DNA of 59,014 bases from Candidatus Parcubacteria bacterium (GCA_039795775.1 JBDKLC010000005.1:251624-310637); one strand, 5' to 3'; numbered from the stretch's first letter, positions 34,893 to 44,235 are shown. Notes: generated from the sequence alone by a model not told the origin. Made by a program: numbers and translations.

Positions 34893-36848
34893 TTAGGAAA
34901 GTATAGTAATACTGCCTTTTTTTGCGTCTATAGTTTTAATTTCAACTCTATCACCGACTTTGATAATTTCAGTACCAATCTTTGTGCCAATAATACATGG
35001 TATTTTAAACTCTCTTGCTGTAATTGCCGCGTGAGAAAGTATTCCGCCTTCGTCAGTGATAATAGCCTTTGCTTTTTTTATTTCATCAATCATACCAGGG
35101 TGTGTTTTTTTAACTACAAGAATATCCTCCCCAGCTATACCCCGTACTATATCGTTAGCAAAAAAGGCTATGTCACCTTCAAGAACTTTTATTGATGTAT
35201 CAGTGTTTATTGACGGACTTTTATCACCTAAATGTATACATACGACTCCATCTTTTTCAACTAAACTCCATGTAGTATTTCTCCGTTTGTTTATTTCAAG
35301 TAGATCAATTTTCTCGCCTGAAATGAGTTTCATAACTTCATCTATGAGCATAACGTGAATAGTCTCAATCGGTGTGTTTGTTTGCTGAGCAACTTTTTCC
35401 CAAAGTTTATCGTGTGAATCCCAGCGTTCTTTATTGTTTCTCCACTTTTCAATATAGTCTTTATCTTTTTTTGAGGAGTTGTTGTTTGTAAAGATTAAAT
35501 TCGCTTCATCTTTAGCCAAGCCATAGTATGCTAAATGCTCACTCATTAGCTCAAAGATATGATAATAGTCCGAAGGTGTTCTTAGATCTTCTCTCGCAAC
35601 TTCTGAATGAATCTTTTCTTCAAGATTATTAACTTTTGTAATGAAATCAAAGGCAGGTGCAAGTCTTTTTGATCTAGCGGCAACCATTGCATCTTCTTCA
35701 GATTTAAGCAAAAAATCACCAACACCTTTTACAGTAATTGTATTTTTATAGGTTGTTCCAAGTTCTTGTAAAAAGAATTTGTTTCTTAATAAAAGTACTA
35801 AACTTTCTTCGATTAGAAATGCATTAAAAAATCTATCTTTAATCCACTCATCAGGTGTTTTCGTGTCAGGTAATTTAGTAAGTACTTTTTCTGAAGGTGT
35901 AGCTTTATCAGAAAGTGTTGTAATTGGTCGACTTTGTACGATGTACAACATCTCTTTCTCAAATGCCCATTCAATGTCACAAGGAAAGCCATAGTGCTGT
36001 TCAATGTTTATGATAATTTGTGCCAGCTCGAGTATAAGAGCCTCAGAGAGTACTTGTGTCTTTCCTTTCTCATCTATGTTTTTCCATTCATTGCCCCCAG
36101 ATTCTGAGCGATAGAGGCCTTTTGCTTGTGATGCTACAAACGTATCTATGATACGGCGAGGTTCTTTTTGTACGACATATGAGTCAGGTGTAATCGCACC
36201 AGATACAATTGCTTCGCCTAGTCCAAAGCCTGCTTCAATGATCAGTTCATTGCGATTCTCTGTCACTGGATGTACTGAAAAAGCTATTCCGGAATATTCT
36301 GAGTCGATCATCTTTTGAATCACTACAGCAACGGAAATCTTTGTTGCAGAAAGTCCTTTTTCGATTCGATAAAAGATTGCACGAGATGTGAAAAGAGATG
36401 CCCAGCACAGTTGAACATGATCAATGAGGTTGTTAACTGTTGTATTCAAATACGACTCGAGTTGGCCTGCCCAGGCGTGATCAGCACCATCTTCTGCTGT
36501 AGCTGATGAACGAACGGCAACATAGGAAGCGCCAAGAGTATCAAACGCTTGCAGGATTTCTGTTTGAATATCAGCAGGTACAGGTGTTGCTACAATGAGT
36601 TTTTGAATTTTGTTTGACGCATCATCTATACTGGCCGTGTTGGTACTATCTACACTCTTTAGAATTTCTTCAATTGAATCTGCAATATCTGTGCTTTCAA
36701 TAACATGATCGAATGTCGAAGCAAGAATAACAAAGCCAGGCGGTACTGGAATACCTGCTTGTGTCATTTCTCCGAGAGATGCACCTTTACCGCCTGCAAC
36801 AGCAGCATCATGTTTATTTAATTGAGAAAAAGTTTTAATAAATTTCAT
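34893..36848 (-). CDS. PEP synthase-like phosphotransferase: PPDK_N ATP-grasp, unknown middle domain, swivel His domain; no PEP/pyruvate TIM-barrel
   Basis: 651 aa. N-terminus GGKGASLGEMTQAGIPVPPGF; C-terminus TDEGGILSHAAITAREFKIPCIIG. Confidence 0.8.
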   Translation of the reverse strand: MKFIKTFSQLNKHDAAVAGGKGASLGEMTQAGIPVPPGFVILASTFDHVIESTDIADSIEEILKSVDSTNTASIDDASNKIQKLIVATPVPADIQTEILQAFDTLGASYVAVRSSATAEDGADHAWAGQLESYLNTTVNNLIDHVQLCWASLFTSRAIFYRIEKGLSATKISVAVVIQKMIDSEYSGIAFSVHPVTENRNELIIEAGFGLGEAIVSGAITPDSYVVQKEPRRIIDTFVASQAKGLYRSESGGNEWKNIDEKGKTQVLSEALILELAQIIINIEQHYGFPCDIEWAFEKEMLYIVQSRPITTLSDKATPSEKVLTKLPDTKTPDEWIKDRFFNAFLIEESLVLLLRNKFFLQELGTTYKNTITVKGVGDFLLKSEEDAMVAARSKRLAPAFDFITKVNNLEEKIHSEVAREDLRTPSDYYHIFELMSEHLAYYGLAKDEANLIFTNNNSSKKDKDYIEKWRNNKERWDSHDKLWEKVAQQTNTPIETIHVMLIDEVMKLISGEKIDLLEINKRRNTTWSLVEKDGVVCIHLGDKSPSINTDTSIKVLEGDIAFFANDIVRGIAGEDILVVKKTHPGMIDEIKKAKAIITDEGGILSHAAITAREFKIPCIIGTKIGTEIIKVGDRVEIKTIDAKKGSITILS

Positions 36849-36905
36849 ATATGTTGTGAGTGATATGTGCCATAGTACTAATGACTGTCTGTATATTCCA
36901 CCCGG

Positions 36906-37349
36906 CTATAACCGTTTCATCATTTTCATACCATCGTACGCTTTATAGCCTCGTTCTCCATAGAAGCGAAAGAGCTCTTTTTGTGAGAGTCCTTTACCCT
37001 TATAAGGTCGTGCTAAAAGCTGTATAACTTGGTTTGGGGCCGCTTGCTCAACTTTTTTGAGGAGATACTGGGCAAGTCCTTTTCCTTGGTGTTCAGGCGC
37101 CACCACTATACCCTCTAACCACGGACCGTTAACTTTTTGAAGACCTTGGCGCTCGCTTGCCGCAATCTGGCGGCGCTTCTCCGACCGAAAAGGATACACA
37201 AGAGCATACGCAATATTGTTGCCGTTGTAATGAATATCGTATCGCACACCTTTGTCTACAGTGTCTTTGTATCTTGTTAATTTGTAGTGGCGTGGAAGTC
37301 TCATGATTGAATGTTGTTCTTGATTCGATCGACTGTCAAATGAGTGCAA
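36906..37349 (-). CDS. GNAT family N-acetyltransferase
   Basis: 147 aa. Acetyl-CoA motif VVAPEHQGKGLAQYLL. Confidence 0.8.
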   Translation of the reverse strand: MHSFDSRSNQEQHSIMRLPRHYKLTRYKDTVDKGVRYDIHYNGNNIAYALVYPFRSEKRRQIAASERQGLQKVNGPWLEGIVVAPEHQGKGLAQYLLKKVEQAAPNQVIQLLARPYKGKGLSQKELFRFYGERGYKAYDGMKMMKRL

Positions 37350-37350
37350 C

Positions 37351-39174
37351 TTATTTTTCTGCGACCAATGATTTTACTTGCTCTGCATAAAGTCGAGCGT
37401 ATGTGCCTTGCTTCGCAACGAGTTCTTCGTGAGTACCGTCTTCAGTGAGTGCTCCTTGCACCATCACTAGAATTCTATCAGCACGACGAATTGTTGAAAA
37501 TTCATGTGAGATGAAAATACCGGTAATGTTTTTTGGCATAGCATCGAGCTCTTTGAAGATTTCGATTTCTGATTCTGCGTCTACTGCAGCCGTCGGTTCA
37601 TCAAGAAGCATGATTGGAGCTTTTCGATAGAATGTTCGCGCGAGTGCAAGCTTTTGTCGCTGGCCTTTTGATGGTTCTTTACCCTTGAATTCAACACCGA
37701 GTTGTTCGTCATACTTCTTTTCCCATTGCTCAATAAACTCTCGTGCTTGACTGACCTTTGCACTCCAGAGCATTCGTTCATGATCGTACGGTGCTTCAGG
37801 CTGACTGATTGCGATAGATTCTTTTACAGTAAACTCATACGAAGCGAAGTCTTGCATAAGAACAGAGAGATATGATTGCCACACAAGTGGGTCAATATTT
37901 TTGAGGTCTACGCCGTTTACTAAGATACGACCTTCAGAAGGATCATAAATTCTACATAAAAGTTTTATAAATGTAGATTTACCAGCGCCATTGTTTCCCA
38001 CCAAGCCGATCTTTTGTCCTGGTTCGATGGTGAAGCTGAGGTTCTTGAGAATTTGAGTTGTTGTACCTGGGTACGCAAATGAAACATTCTCAAATGTAAT
38101 TGTTGGTGGCGTTTCAAAAAGCTGAAACTGAACAGGGTTTGGTGTTGTGACGAGAGGTTTTGTATTGAGGAATGCTAGAATATCTTTGATATATCTGTTT
38201 GTATCAAACATACTAGAAATACTGTACAAGAGATCAGAAATTGATCCGCCGAGTCGTGAGATAGATGCAACGATGAATGTCATTTGACCGATAGCAAGTC
38301 CCGCTGAAACAACTCCGTTGATAACAAAGTAAATTGAAATACCAAAGCCAGCCATAGCGATAAGCTCTACAATGAGCGTGAGCCAGAGTCGTCTCTTTTC
38401 ATTTTTTACGAGATCGCTGTTTGTACTATCGTAAATAGATTTGATAAGTCCAAGAAACTTTTTTGATGCTTGATACGATCGAAGTTCTGTAACGCCCACT
38501 TTGAAATCTCGAATGTGACTTCGATAGTTGTAGTATCGGCGTTGCTCTTCCCCTTCTTCTTTGTTCCAGATGTCATAACTCTTTTGGCTGAGTTTGAGGT
38601 CCGTGATAAATCGCGGAATAGATGTCGCCACGATAAGTGCCAAAATTCTCCAATCGAAGAAACCGATAATAAGCGTAGCGATAACTACTTCGACAACATC
38701 CCACAATGTTCTTGTAAGGAAATTGATACCGAGTTCTTGGAGTGGCCACTGCCCTCTTGTACCAAACACTCGCTGAAGAAGGTTTTGAAAATCTGGGTTT
38801 TCGTATCGCCCTTTGTCGAGTTCTGTTAGTTTTTGTAATACATCAAACTCAAGTTTTGTCTTTACTAGATATCCTTGTCGATAGCCAGCAAATGAACGGA
38901 ATCCTCCTACTACACCACCAAGCCCATCCATGATAGCCCAGAGTGCTGCGTAAAAGAGAACAGTGTTGCCTGAACTTACACCAGTTTGAATGGTGGCAAT
39001 AAGTGTGTCGATAATTGTTGCGGCAACCTTTGATGTTCCAAACGGAATAGATGCCGTAATGATTACTATGCCAACAATAAGAAACGTAAAGCCAGGTGCA
39101 GCTTTAAAGTTGAGTTTGAGTGATGCGTAGAGGTTTCGAGTGAAATCTAGCGTTGATGTGAAAAATTTCTTCAT
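37351..39174 (-). CDS. ABC exporter, fused permease plus ATPase
   Basis: 607 aa. Walker A GNNGAGKST, signature-like PSKGQRQK, Walker B MLLDEP. Confidence 0.85.
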   Translation of the reverse strand: MKKFFTSTLDFTRNLYASLKLNFKAAPGFTFLIVGIVIITASIPFGTSKVAATIIDTLIATIQTGVSSGNTVLFYAALWAIMDGLGGVVGGFRSFAGYRQGYLVKTKLEFDVLQKLTELDKGRYENPDFQNLLQRVFGTRGQWPLQELGINFLTRTLWDVVEVVIATLIIGFFDWRILALIVATSIPRFITDLKLSQKSYDIWNKEEGEEQRRYYNYRSHIRDFKVGVTELRSYQASKKFLGLIKSIYDSTNSDLVKNEKRRLWLTLIVELIAMAGFGISIYFVINGVVSAGLAIGQMTFIVASISRLGGSISDLLYSISSMFDTNRYIKDILAFLNTKPLVTTPNPVQFQLFETPPTITFENVSFAYPGTTTQILKNLSFTIEPGQKIGLVGNNGAGKSTFIKLLCRIYDPSEGRILVNGVDLKNIDPLVWQSYLSVLMQDFASYEFTVKESIAISQPEAPYDHERMLWSAKVSQAREFIEQWEKKYDEQLGVEFKGKEPSKGQRQKLALARTFYRKAPIMLLDEPTAAVDAESEIEIFKELDAMPKNITGIFISHEFSTIRRADRILVMVQGALTEDGTHEELVAKQGTYARLYAEQVKSLVAEK

Positions 39175-39180
39175 GTGAAA

Positions 39181-39402
39181 TTAAAGGCCAAGACTCTGAA
39201 TATCAGCGAACTGTTTGAGGAATGATGGAATGGCAAAAACGAGACCTATAAGTGGGAGGACGATTGCCGCTACAGTGATGATTCCAGTCCATAAGAGGAT
39301 CTTTCGCGTGGTTTCTGCTGATTTGTAGACTGCATCGATCTTTTGTTCAAGTTGCTGAAGTCGTGCTTCAAGCTGGGCTGACTGGTTTGTTGTTGGTTCC
39401 AT
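39181..39402 (-). CDS. Hypothetical small membrane protein
   Basis: 73 aa. Coiled N-terminus plus one or two TM helices; immediately upstream of the ABC gene. Confidence 0.5.
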   Translation of the reverse strand: MEPTTNQSAQLEARLQQLEQKIDAVYKSAETTRKILLWTGIITVAAIVLPLIGLVFAIPSFLKQFADIQSLGL

Positions 39403-39470
39403 AGTTGTTAAATTATATCATCTCATATGAGAGAATCTATACATATCATATATATGCCTTTTGCATACAA

Positions 39471-39501
39471 GTAAAAAGTAGGAATAATTCCTACTTTTTA
39501 C
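39471..39501. terminator. Bidirectional intrinsic terminator after trpS
   Basis: gtaaaaagtaggaa / ttcctactttttac near-perfect palindrome. Confidence 0.75.
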
Positions 39502-39557
39502 TTGGACGTCTGCGTATGTATTTACTTTATTGTATCTACTGTGAAAACGGATTAGCC

Positions 39558-40517
39558 CTACTCTTCGATAGTCAATCCAACATTCTTCTTTGCAACAGCA
39601 AGTCGCATATCAGCCTGAGCACGAGCTCGTTCGCCTCCCTCCTTCAATATTCGCAAAACAGCTTTTTTGTCTGCAGCGATAGCCTTTCGACGTTCTCGAA
39701 GTGGTCGAATGAACGCTTTTATGTCTTCCGCGAGCAATTCTTTCAACACTTTATATTTTCCTTCATGTTCTGCATATATTTTCTTGAGCTCATCTTCAGA
39801 TCGGAAAAGCTGGTGAATTGCATATACGTTTACAGGAAGCCCTCCTGATGAATCAGTCACAATACTCATCACAAGTTTCTGAATTTCGTCGTCTTCTGCA
39901 AATAAAGGAATATAGTTCTTGTAACTCTTACTCATCTTTTGACCGTCGATGCCAGGCGTTGTTTGAGTTTCTTCTTTGATGAGTTCTTGAGGGAGCTTGA
40001 ATGTGTCTCCGTTTTGTCCGTAAATACGGTTGAACTTTTCAGCAATATCTCGAGCGATTTCAACATGCTGCTTCTGATCTTTCCCTACTGGTACGAGGTC
40101 GGTGTCATAGAGCAAAATATCAGCAGCCATGAGAATCGGATAGTCGAATGTGCCAACATTTACTTCTTTGTTTTTTGCTTCAGCATCTTTGAAGGCATGT
40201 GCTCGTGAGAGATACGGCATTGTTACGATTGTATTCAAGATCCATGTGAGCTCTGTGTGTGCAGGTACATCAGACTGCTTAAAGATAACTGACTTTTGAG
40301 GATCGAGGCCGATGGCCAAATAGTCTATTGCGAGATTGAGGGTGTTTTCTGCCATCTCTTTTGCATCTTGCACAGTGTTGAGCGCATGAAGATCAGCGAT
40401 CATAAAATAACCCGTATAGTGGTCTTGAAGGTCAACGAATTGCTTCATTGCTCCAAAATAGTTACCGAGATGCGCCTGTCCTGATGGTTTTACTCCTGAA
40501 AGAATCGTTTTTTTCAT
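39558..40517 (-). CDS. trpS: Tryptophan--tRNA ligase
   Basis: 319 aa. SGVKPSGQAHLGNYFGA (HIGH-type) and KMSKS. Confidence 0.95.
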   Translation of the reverse strand: MKKTILSGVKPSGQAHLGNYFGAMKQFVDLQDHYTGYFMIADLHALNTVQDAKEMAENTLNLAIDYLAIGLDPQKSVIFKQSDVPAHTELTWILNTIVTMPYLSRAHAFKDAEAKNKEVNVGTFDYPILMAADILLYDTDLVPVGKDQKQHVEIARDIAEKFNRIYGQNGDTFKLPQELIKEETQTTPGIDGQKMSKSYKNYIPLFAEDDEIQKLVMSIVTDSSGGLPVNVYAIHQLFRSEDELKKIYAEHEGKYKVLKELLAEDIKAFIRPLRERRKAIAADKKAVLRILKEGGERARAQADMRLAVAKKNVGLTIEE

Positions 40518-40571
40518 AAATAGATGTGTTGACTAAATGGTAGCAGAAAATGAGCAAAAATTAAAGAAAAT

Positions 40572-40614
40572 ATAAAAAAAGAGGAGGACCGCACGTGCGA
40601 GACGTGTGTCCTCC
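40572..40614 (-). terminator. Canonical intrinsic terminator ending the upstream non-coding unit
   Basis: Minus strand ggaggacacacg-tctcgca-cgtgcggtcctcc followed by T7 (plus-strand A-run 40574-40580). Confidence 0.8.
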
Positions 40615-41015
40615 AATACCTGATTGGTATTCACTTACATTCAAAGGCATTCGCCTCCACGACGAGTGCCGTGGGAATTTGGGTGTCGAGCCTACAGGCT
40701 TTGACTCGAGTTGTGCTAGTTGACGACCTCAGGGACTACGCCTCACGCGCCACGATGGCGCTGAGTGAAAATGCTGCAAAACCCGACGGGTTGCAGACCT
40801 TGGATGCGTTCTGTGCGAACGCTGCTGGAGGGCTCTCTGAGAGCCCGTGTGTATGTGGTTTGATAATGTTCACCCCCCTTCTGTAATGTCCTGGATACCC
40901 AGTACTCAGGACCTAGGCATAACCCTAGAGGCTTAGAAAATCTTCTCCTTACGACGTTCCGTGGAACTGGCCTGTGTATACGATACCACGTCCTTGCTGA
41001 GAGCGCAAAATCGGA
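40575..41015 (-). ncRNA. Candidate structured non-coding RNA of unknown class (about 440 nt)
   Basis: GC-rich block without a protein-like ORF. TATAAT on the minus strand at 41027-41022. At least six perfect GC-rich hairpins. Own terminator. See findings. Confidence 0.45.
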
Positions 41016-41232
41016 ATTAACATTATATAATTTGACATATTTAATACCTGTGTTATTTTGATACCCATGCAACACATGCATTCAAAACTAAATAACTGGC
41101 GATTCACCTCACCTATTAAGGCCGGGGTCTATTCTCATTGCCTTTTATTTAGCCGCGAATCTTGTATTGGATATTCTCATACTTTTACTACGCATACTGC
41201 GTAATCTCTCGTATATAACTCCCAATTGAAGC

Positions 41233-41262
41233 ATCTCGGCTGAATAAAAGCCGAGATTTTTC
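41233..41262 (+). terminator. Orphan plus-strand intrinsic terminator (no ORF upstream)
   Basis: atctcggc / gccgagat stem, 9-nt loop, T5. Confidence 0.6.
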
Positions 41263-41340
41263 TTTGTGCATTTATTTGCCGCCCGCTTCTGCGTATGAAG
41301 CAAAACAAACCTAGTACATTACAACTGCATACTCTGAACT

Positions 41341-42528
41341 ATGAACCAACATCAAATCCAACGTAACATTTGGCTCTATAAAGTATTTTCCCTTTTTGGG
41401 GAACCACTTTTTTGGGGACCAATTCTCATTCTCACACTCAACGACCTTGCACACATGTCTCTTAAAGAGGTGTATATCTGCGAGTCAGTTGTCGTTGTCC
41501 TTATCATCGTGTTTGAAGTCCCAACAGGATCAATTGCTGACATGCTTGGAAGGAAAAAGACAATTTGTATTGGTCAGTGCTTTCTATTTCTTAGCGCACT
41601 GACATTTGCATTCATGCACAATCCCTTCATGGGATGGATGGCCAATATCCTTTGGGCAATTGGCTTCTCATTTCAATCCGGGGCTGATAGCTCCCTCCTC
41701 TACGAAACTCTCAAAGAGGGTGGAATGGAACATATGAATAAGCAAATCAAGGGTAGAAACTTCGGCAGCAGACTGCTGCTCGTCGCGTTTTGCTCTCTTC
41801 TGTCGGGATACTTGGCTGATATACATCTCCGCCTTCCACTTCTTGTGGGTATTCCCTTCCTCATCATTCCACTCATCGTGTCCTTTTTCTTCATTGAGCC
41901 GAGGCACGAATACAGCGCTGCACATGCGTATACAATGAGTGGACAAATTGATCTGATAAAAAAGGCATTTGGAATTGTCTTTCGATCAAAAGCGTTGCGG
42001 TGGATTATTGGATTCACTGCACTCATTGGTGTGTCATCAAAACTGTGGTTCTTTACATACAATCCGTATTTCAAAATTGTCGGGTTGGATGTGAAGTATG
42101 TTGGAGTCATTTTCTTTTTTCTTAATGTGACGGCGTGGTTTACTTCACGCTACGCAAAAGAGATTGAAGATTACCTTCAAGAAAAAAATTCCATCGTATT
42201 GATGATTGTGCTTATTGGTGTGCCTCTTATCCTCATGGGAATGTTCCCAACATGGATGGGTGCATGTTTAGTCCTACTTCCAAATCTGACGCGAGGCATT
42301 ATTGTGCCTTTTGTTGATGACTACACAAACAAACACCTTTCATCTGAAAGTCGCTCGACTGGGCTATCAATCCGGTCGTGCATCACAAGCACTATTCAGG
42401 TGTTCGCCATGTGGGGCTTTGGCGTGCTCGTTGAGAGCGCCGGAGTATGCACGTCCCAAATCATATTGGGTATTGTGGTGCTTATTGTCGGAGCCATGTG
42501 CTTCGCTCAGTATCGCAATATAAAATAA
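41341..42528 (+). CDS. MFS transporter
   Basis: 395 aa, about 12 TM helices. GSIADMLGRKK loop 2-3 motif. Confidence 0.8.
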   Translation: MNQHQIQRNIWLYKVFSLFGEPLFWGPILILTLNDLAHMSLKEVYICESVVVVLIIVFEVPTGSIADMLGRKKTICIGQCFLFLSALTFAFMHNPFMGWMANILWAIGFSFQSGADSSLLYETLKEGGMEHMNKQIKGRNFGSRLLLVAFCSLLSGYLADIHLRLPLLVGIPFLIIPLIVSFFFIEPRHEYSAAHAYTMSGQIDLIKKAFGIVFRSKALRWIIGFTALIGVSSKLWFFTYNPYFKIVGLDVKYVGVIFFFLNVTAWFTSRYAKEIEDYLQEKNSIVLMIVLIGVPLILMGMFPTWMGACLVLLPNLTRGIIVPFVDDYTNKHLSSESRSTGLSIRSCITSTIQVFAMWGFGVLVESAGVCTSQIILGIVVLIVGAMCFAQYRNIK

Positions 42529-42550
42529 CCAACAAACAATAACCAAAAAC

Positions 42551-42598
42551 AAAGACCGAACACCGGAGCTGCAAAGCTTCGGCCAGTAGGTCTTTTTT
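42551..42598. terminator. Bidirectional terminator between the MFS and kinase genes
   Basis: aaagacc / ggtcttt outer stem with an inner agct..agct stem, then T6. Confidence 0.65.
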
Positions 42599-42627
42599 GT
42601 TTAACGACTTTTGAATTGTAGAGTTGA

Positions 42628-44232
42628 TTACTCAGCGAGATCGAGTTCGATAAAGAAGCTTGAACCTTTATTTTGGCCGGCTGATTCTGCCCATACTCGT
42701 CCGTGGTGTGCTTCTACCATCTTCTTTGCTACATACAATCCAAGACCTGTACCGAGAATGTTTGTCTTTGACGCATCAGGAGCACGAGTAAACTTTTCAA
42801 AAAGTTTTGGTAATACTTCAGGAGCAATACCCACGCCAGTATCAGAGATAGTAATAAGTGCCTTTGCTTTTTGTGTCGGGTTGCCGACATTTGTTTTTGA
42901 AAGCCACACATGAATAGCACCTTTAGGTGTGTATTTAATTGAGTTATCAATAAAGTTACCGATTACTTGCTTGATCTTACCCATATCAGCATTGATCATA
43001 AATTTCTGGTTCGTATCGACATCAAAATCAAGTGTGAGGTTTGCTTTCTCAATGTTTGGTTTGAGCTCGACTACGACTTGAGCTACAAGGTCCTTCATAT
43101 CAAATGTTGTAAAATCGTATTGCATTCTACCTTGTTCAATTCGAGATACGTCTAAATAATCGTTTACAAGTACAACAAGGTCCTGAGTTGATTTATACAT
43201 CTTTTCAATTGCCCCTTTTACTCCTTCATCCATATTTCCAAAGTCTCCCTCAATAATCATCGAAGCATATCCTTTTACCGCAGTGAGCGGGCCTCGAAGT
43301 TGATGACTAGCAAGTGATACGAATTCCGATTTCTGTTGATCGAGCTCTTTGAGACGGTCGTTAGCTGTTGAAAGATCTTCAGCAAGTTTTTCTATCTTTT
43401 GACGAGTCTTTACCTCTCTGTTTACACTATTTACGAGAAGGACACTGAAGAAGATCACCAATATAAACATGAAGAAGTTGATGAGCCACTGTTCGATAGT
43501 TGTAGTACTGAGAAGGTTGAAGAGGAATACCAAAACGAGCGCAGATGAAAAGAGCTGCGCTGAAATAACTTTTGTACTAAGCAGTTTGTATCGAAGTACT
43601 CCGTACACCATGAATACGATGAACAAAATCACTAAGTAGTTTCCAAATGGATATACATTAAAAAATTGAGGGAAAAAGTTTGAAACCCCTCCGACATATC
43701 CCATCAACCCACCGAGGAGCGTGTTTCGAATCTGGCCTCGAATAACAGAACCAGGTTCGTTCTTTTGAAGCTCTCGCAAAAGGATAAGGAGCGTAATAAT
43801 TGCATAACATACATAGTATGCGAGGAATACAACATAGAATTCACCTGGGTTTACCCAAAAGAAGTCATACTTTGCGATAACACCTTGTTTGAAATATGGT
43901 GTAACACTAAATACAGACATTGCAAACGCTGAAAATATTGCTAGGTTTCGCAGGCCATTATTTTTATACTGAACAAGTTCTGAAATAAAAATAAAATAAA
44001 GCGCAGGCAAAAAGATAGCTGCAATATCAAGAATGTACTGCCACGTAAGTGCTACTTGCTGGTCGTGTGTTGATGTCACGCCATATAAACCAAGTGCCCA
44101 TACAGAGAATGAAATAGATGTAAAAAACCATGCTCTATTTACCTTACTTGCTCTATCAATTCGATAGACAAGAAAACTGAATGCAATACTACTTAAAGAA
44201 AGTATGAGACTGGAAATTCCGAAGAGATTCAT
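42628..44232 (-). CDS. Sensor histidine kinase with polytopic N-terminal membrane domain
   Basis: 534 aa. H-box SHQLRGPLTAV; N, G1 and G2 boxes (DTGVGI, GTGLGL). No response regulator in the window. Confidence 0.85.
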   Translation of the reverse strand: MNLFGISSLILSLSSIAFSFLVYRIDRASKVNRAWFFTSISFSVWALGLYGVTSTHDQQVALTWQYILDIAAIFLPALYFIFISELVQYKNNGLRNLAIFSAFAMSVFSVTPYFKQGVIAKYDFFWVNPGEFYVVFLAYYVCYAIITLLILLRELQKNEPGSVIRGQIRNTLLGGLMGYVGGVSNFFPQFFNVYPFGNYLVILFIVFMVYGVLRYKLLSTKVISAQLFSSALVLVFLFNLLSTTTIEQWLINFFMFILVIFFSVLLVNSVNREVKTRQKIEKLAEDLSTANDRLKELDQQKSEFVSLASHQLRGPLTAVKGYASMIIEGDFGNMDEGVKGAIEKMYKSTQDLVVLVNDYLDVSRIEQGRMQYDFTTFDMKDLVAQVVVELKPNIEKANLTLDFDVDTNQKFMINADMGKIKQVIGNFIDNSIKYTPKGAIHVWLSKTNVGNPTQKAKALITISDTGVGIAPEVLPKLFEKFTRAPDASKTNILGTGLGLYVAKKMVEAHHGRVWAESAGQNKGSSFFIELDLAE

Positions 44233-44235
44233 TTC

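Noticed and set aside
40575-41015. RNase P RNA, tmRNA or a classical T-box leader as the identity of the GC-rich non-coding block (I also considered these for 8.1-8.7 kb).
   Set aside because: I could not find the P4 strands of RNase P, a tRNA-like acceptor, T-arm or CCA end for tmRNA, or the T-box sequence with an antiterminator alternative. The cgaggaaagacgg at 8622-8634 resembles the RNase P CR-I motif, but it lies at the 3' end of the block in the wrong order. This was only by-eye matching, so a covariance-model scan is still needed.
40743-41081. 112-aa minus-strand ORF and 71-aa plus-strand ORF (40671-40886) in the trpS-upstream block.
   Set aside because: The composition is not protein-like, and neither ORF has any motif.
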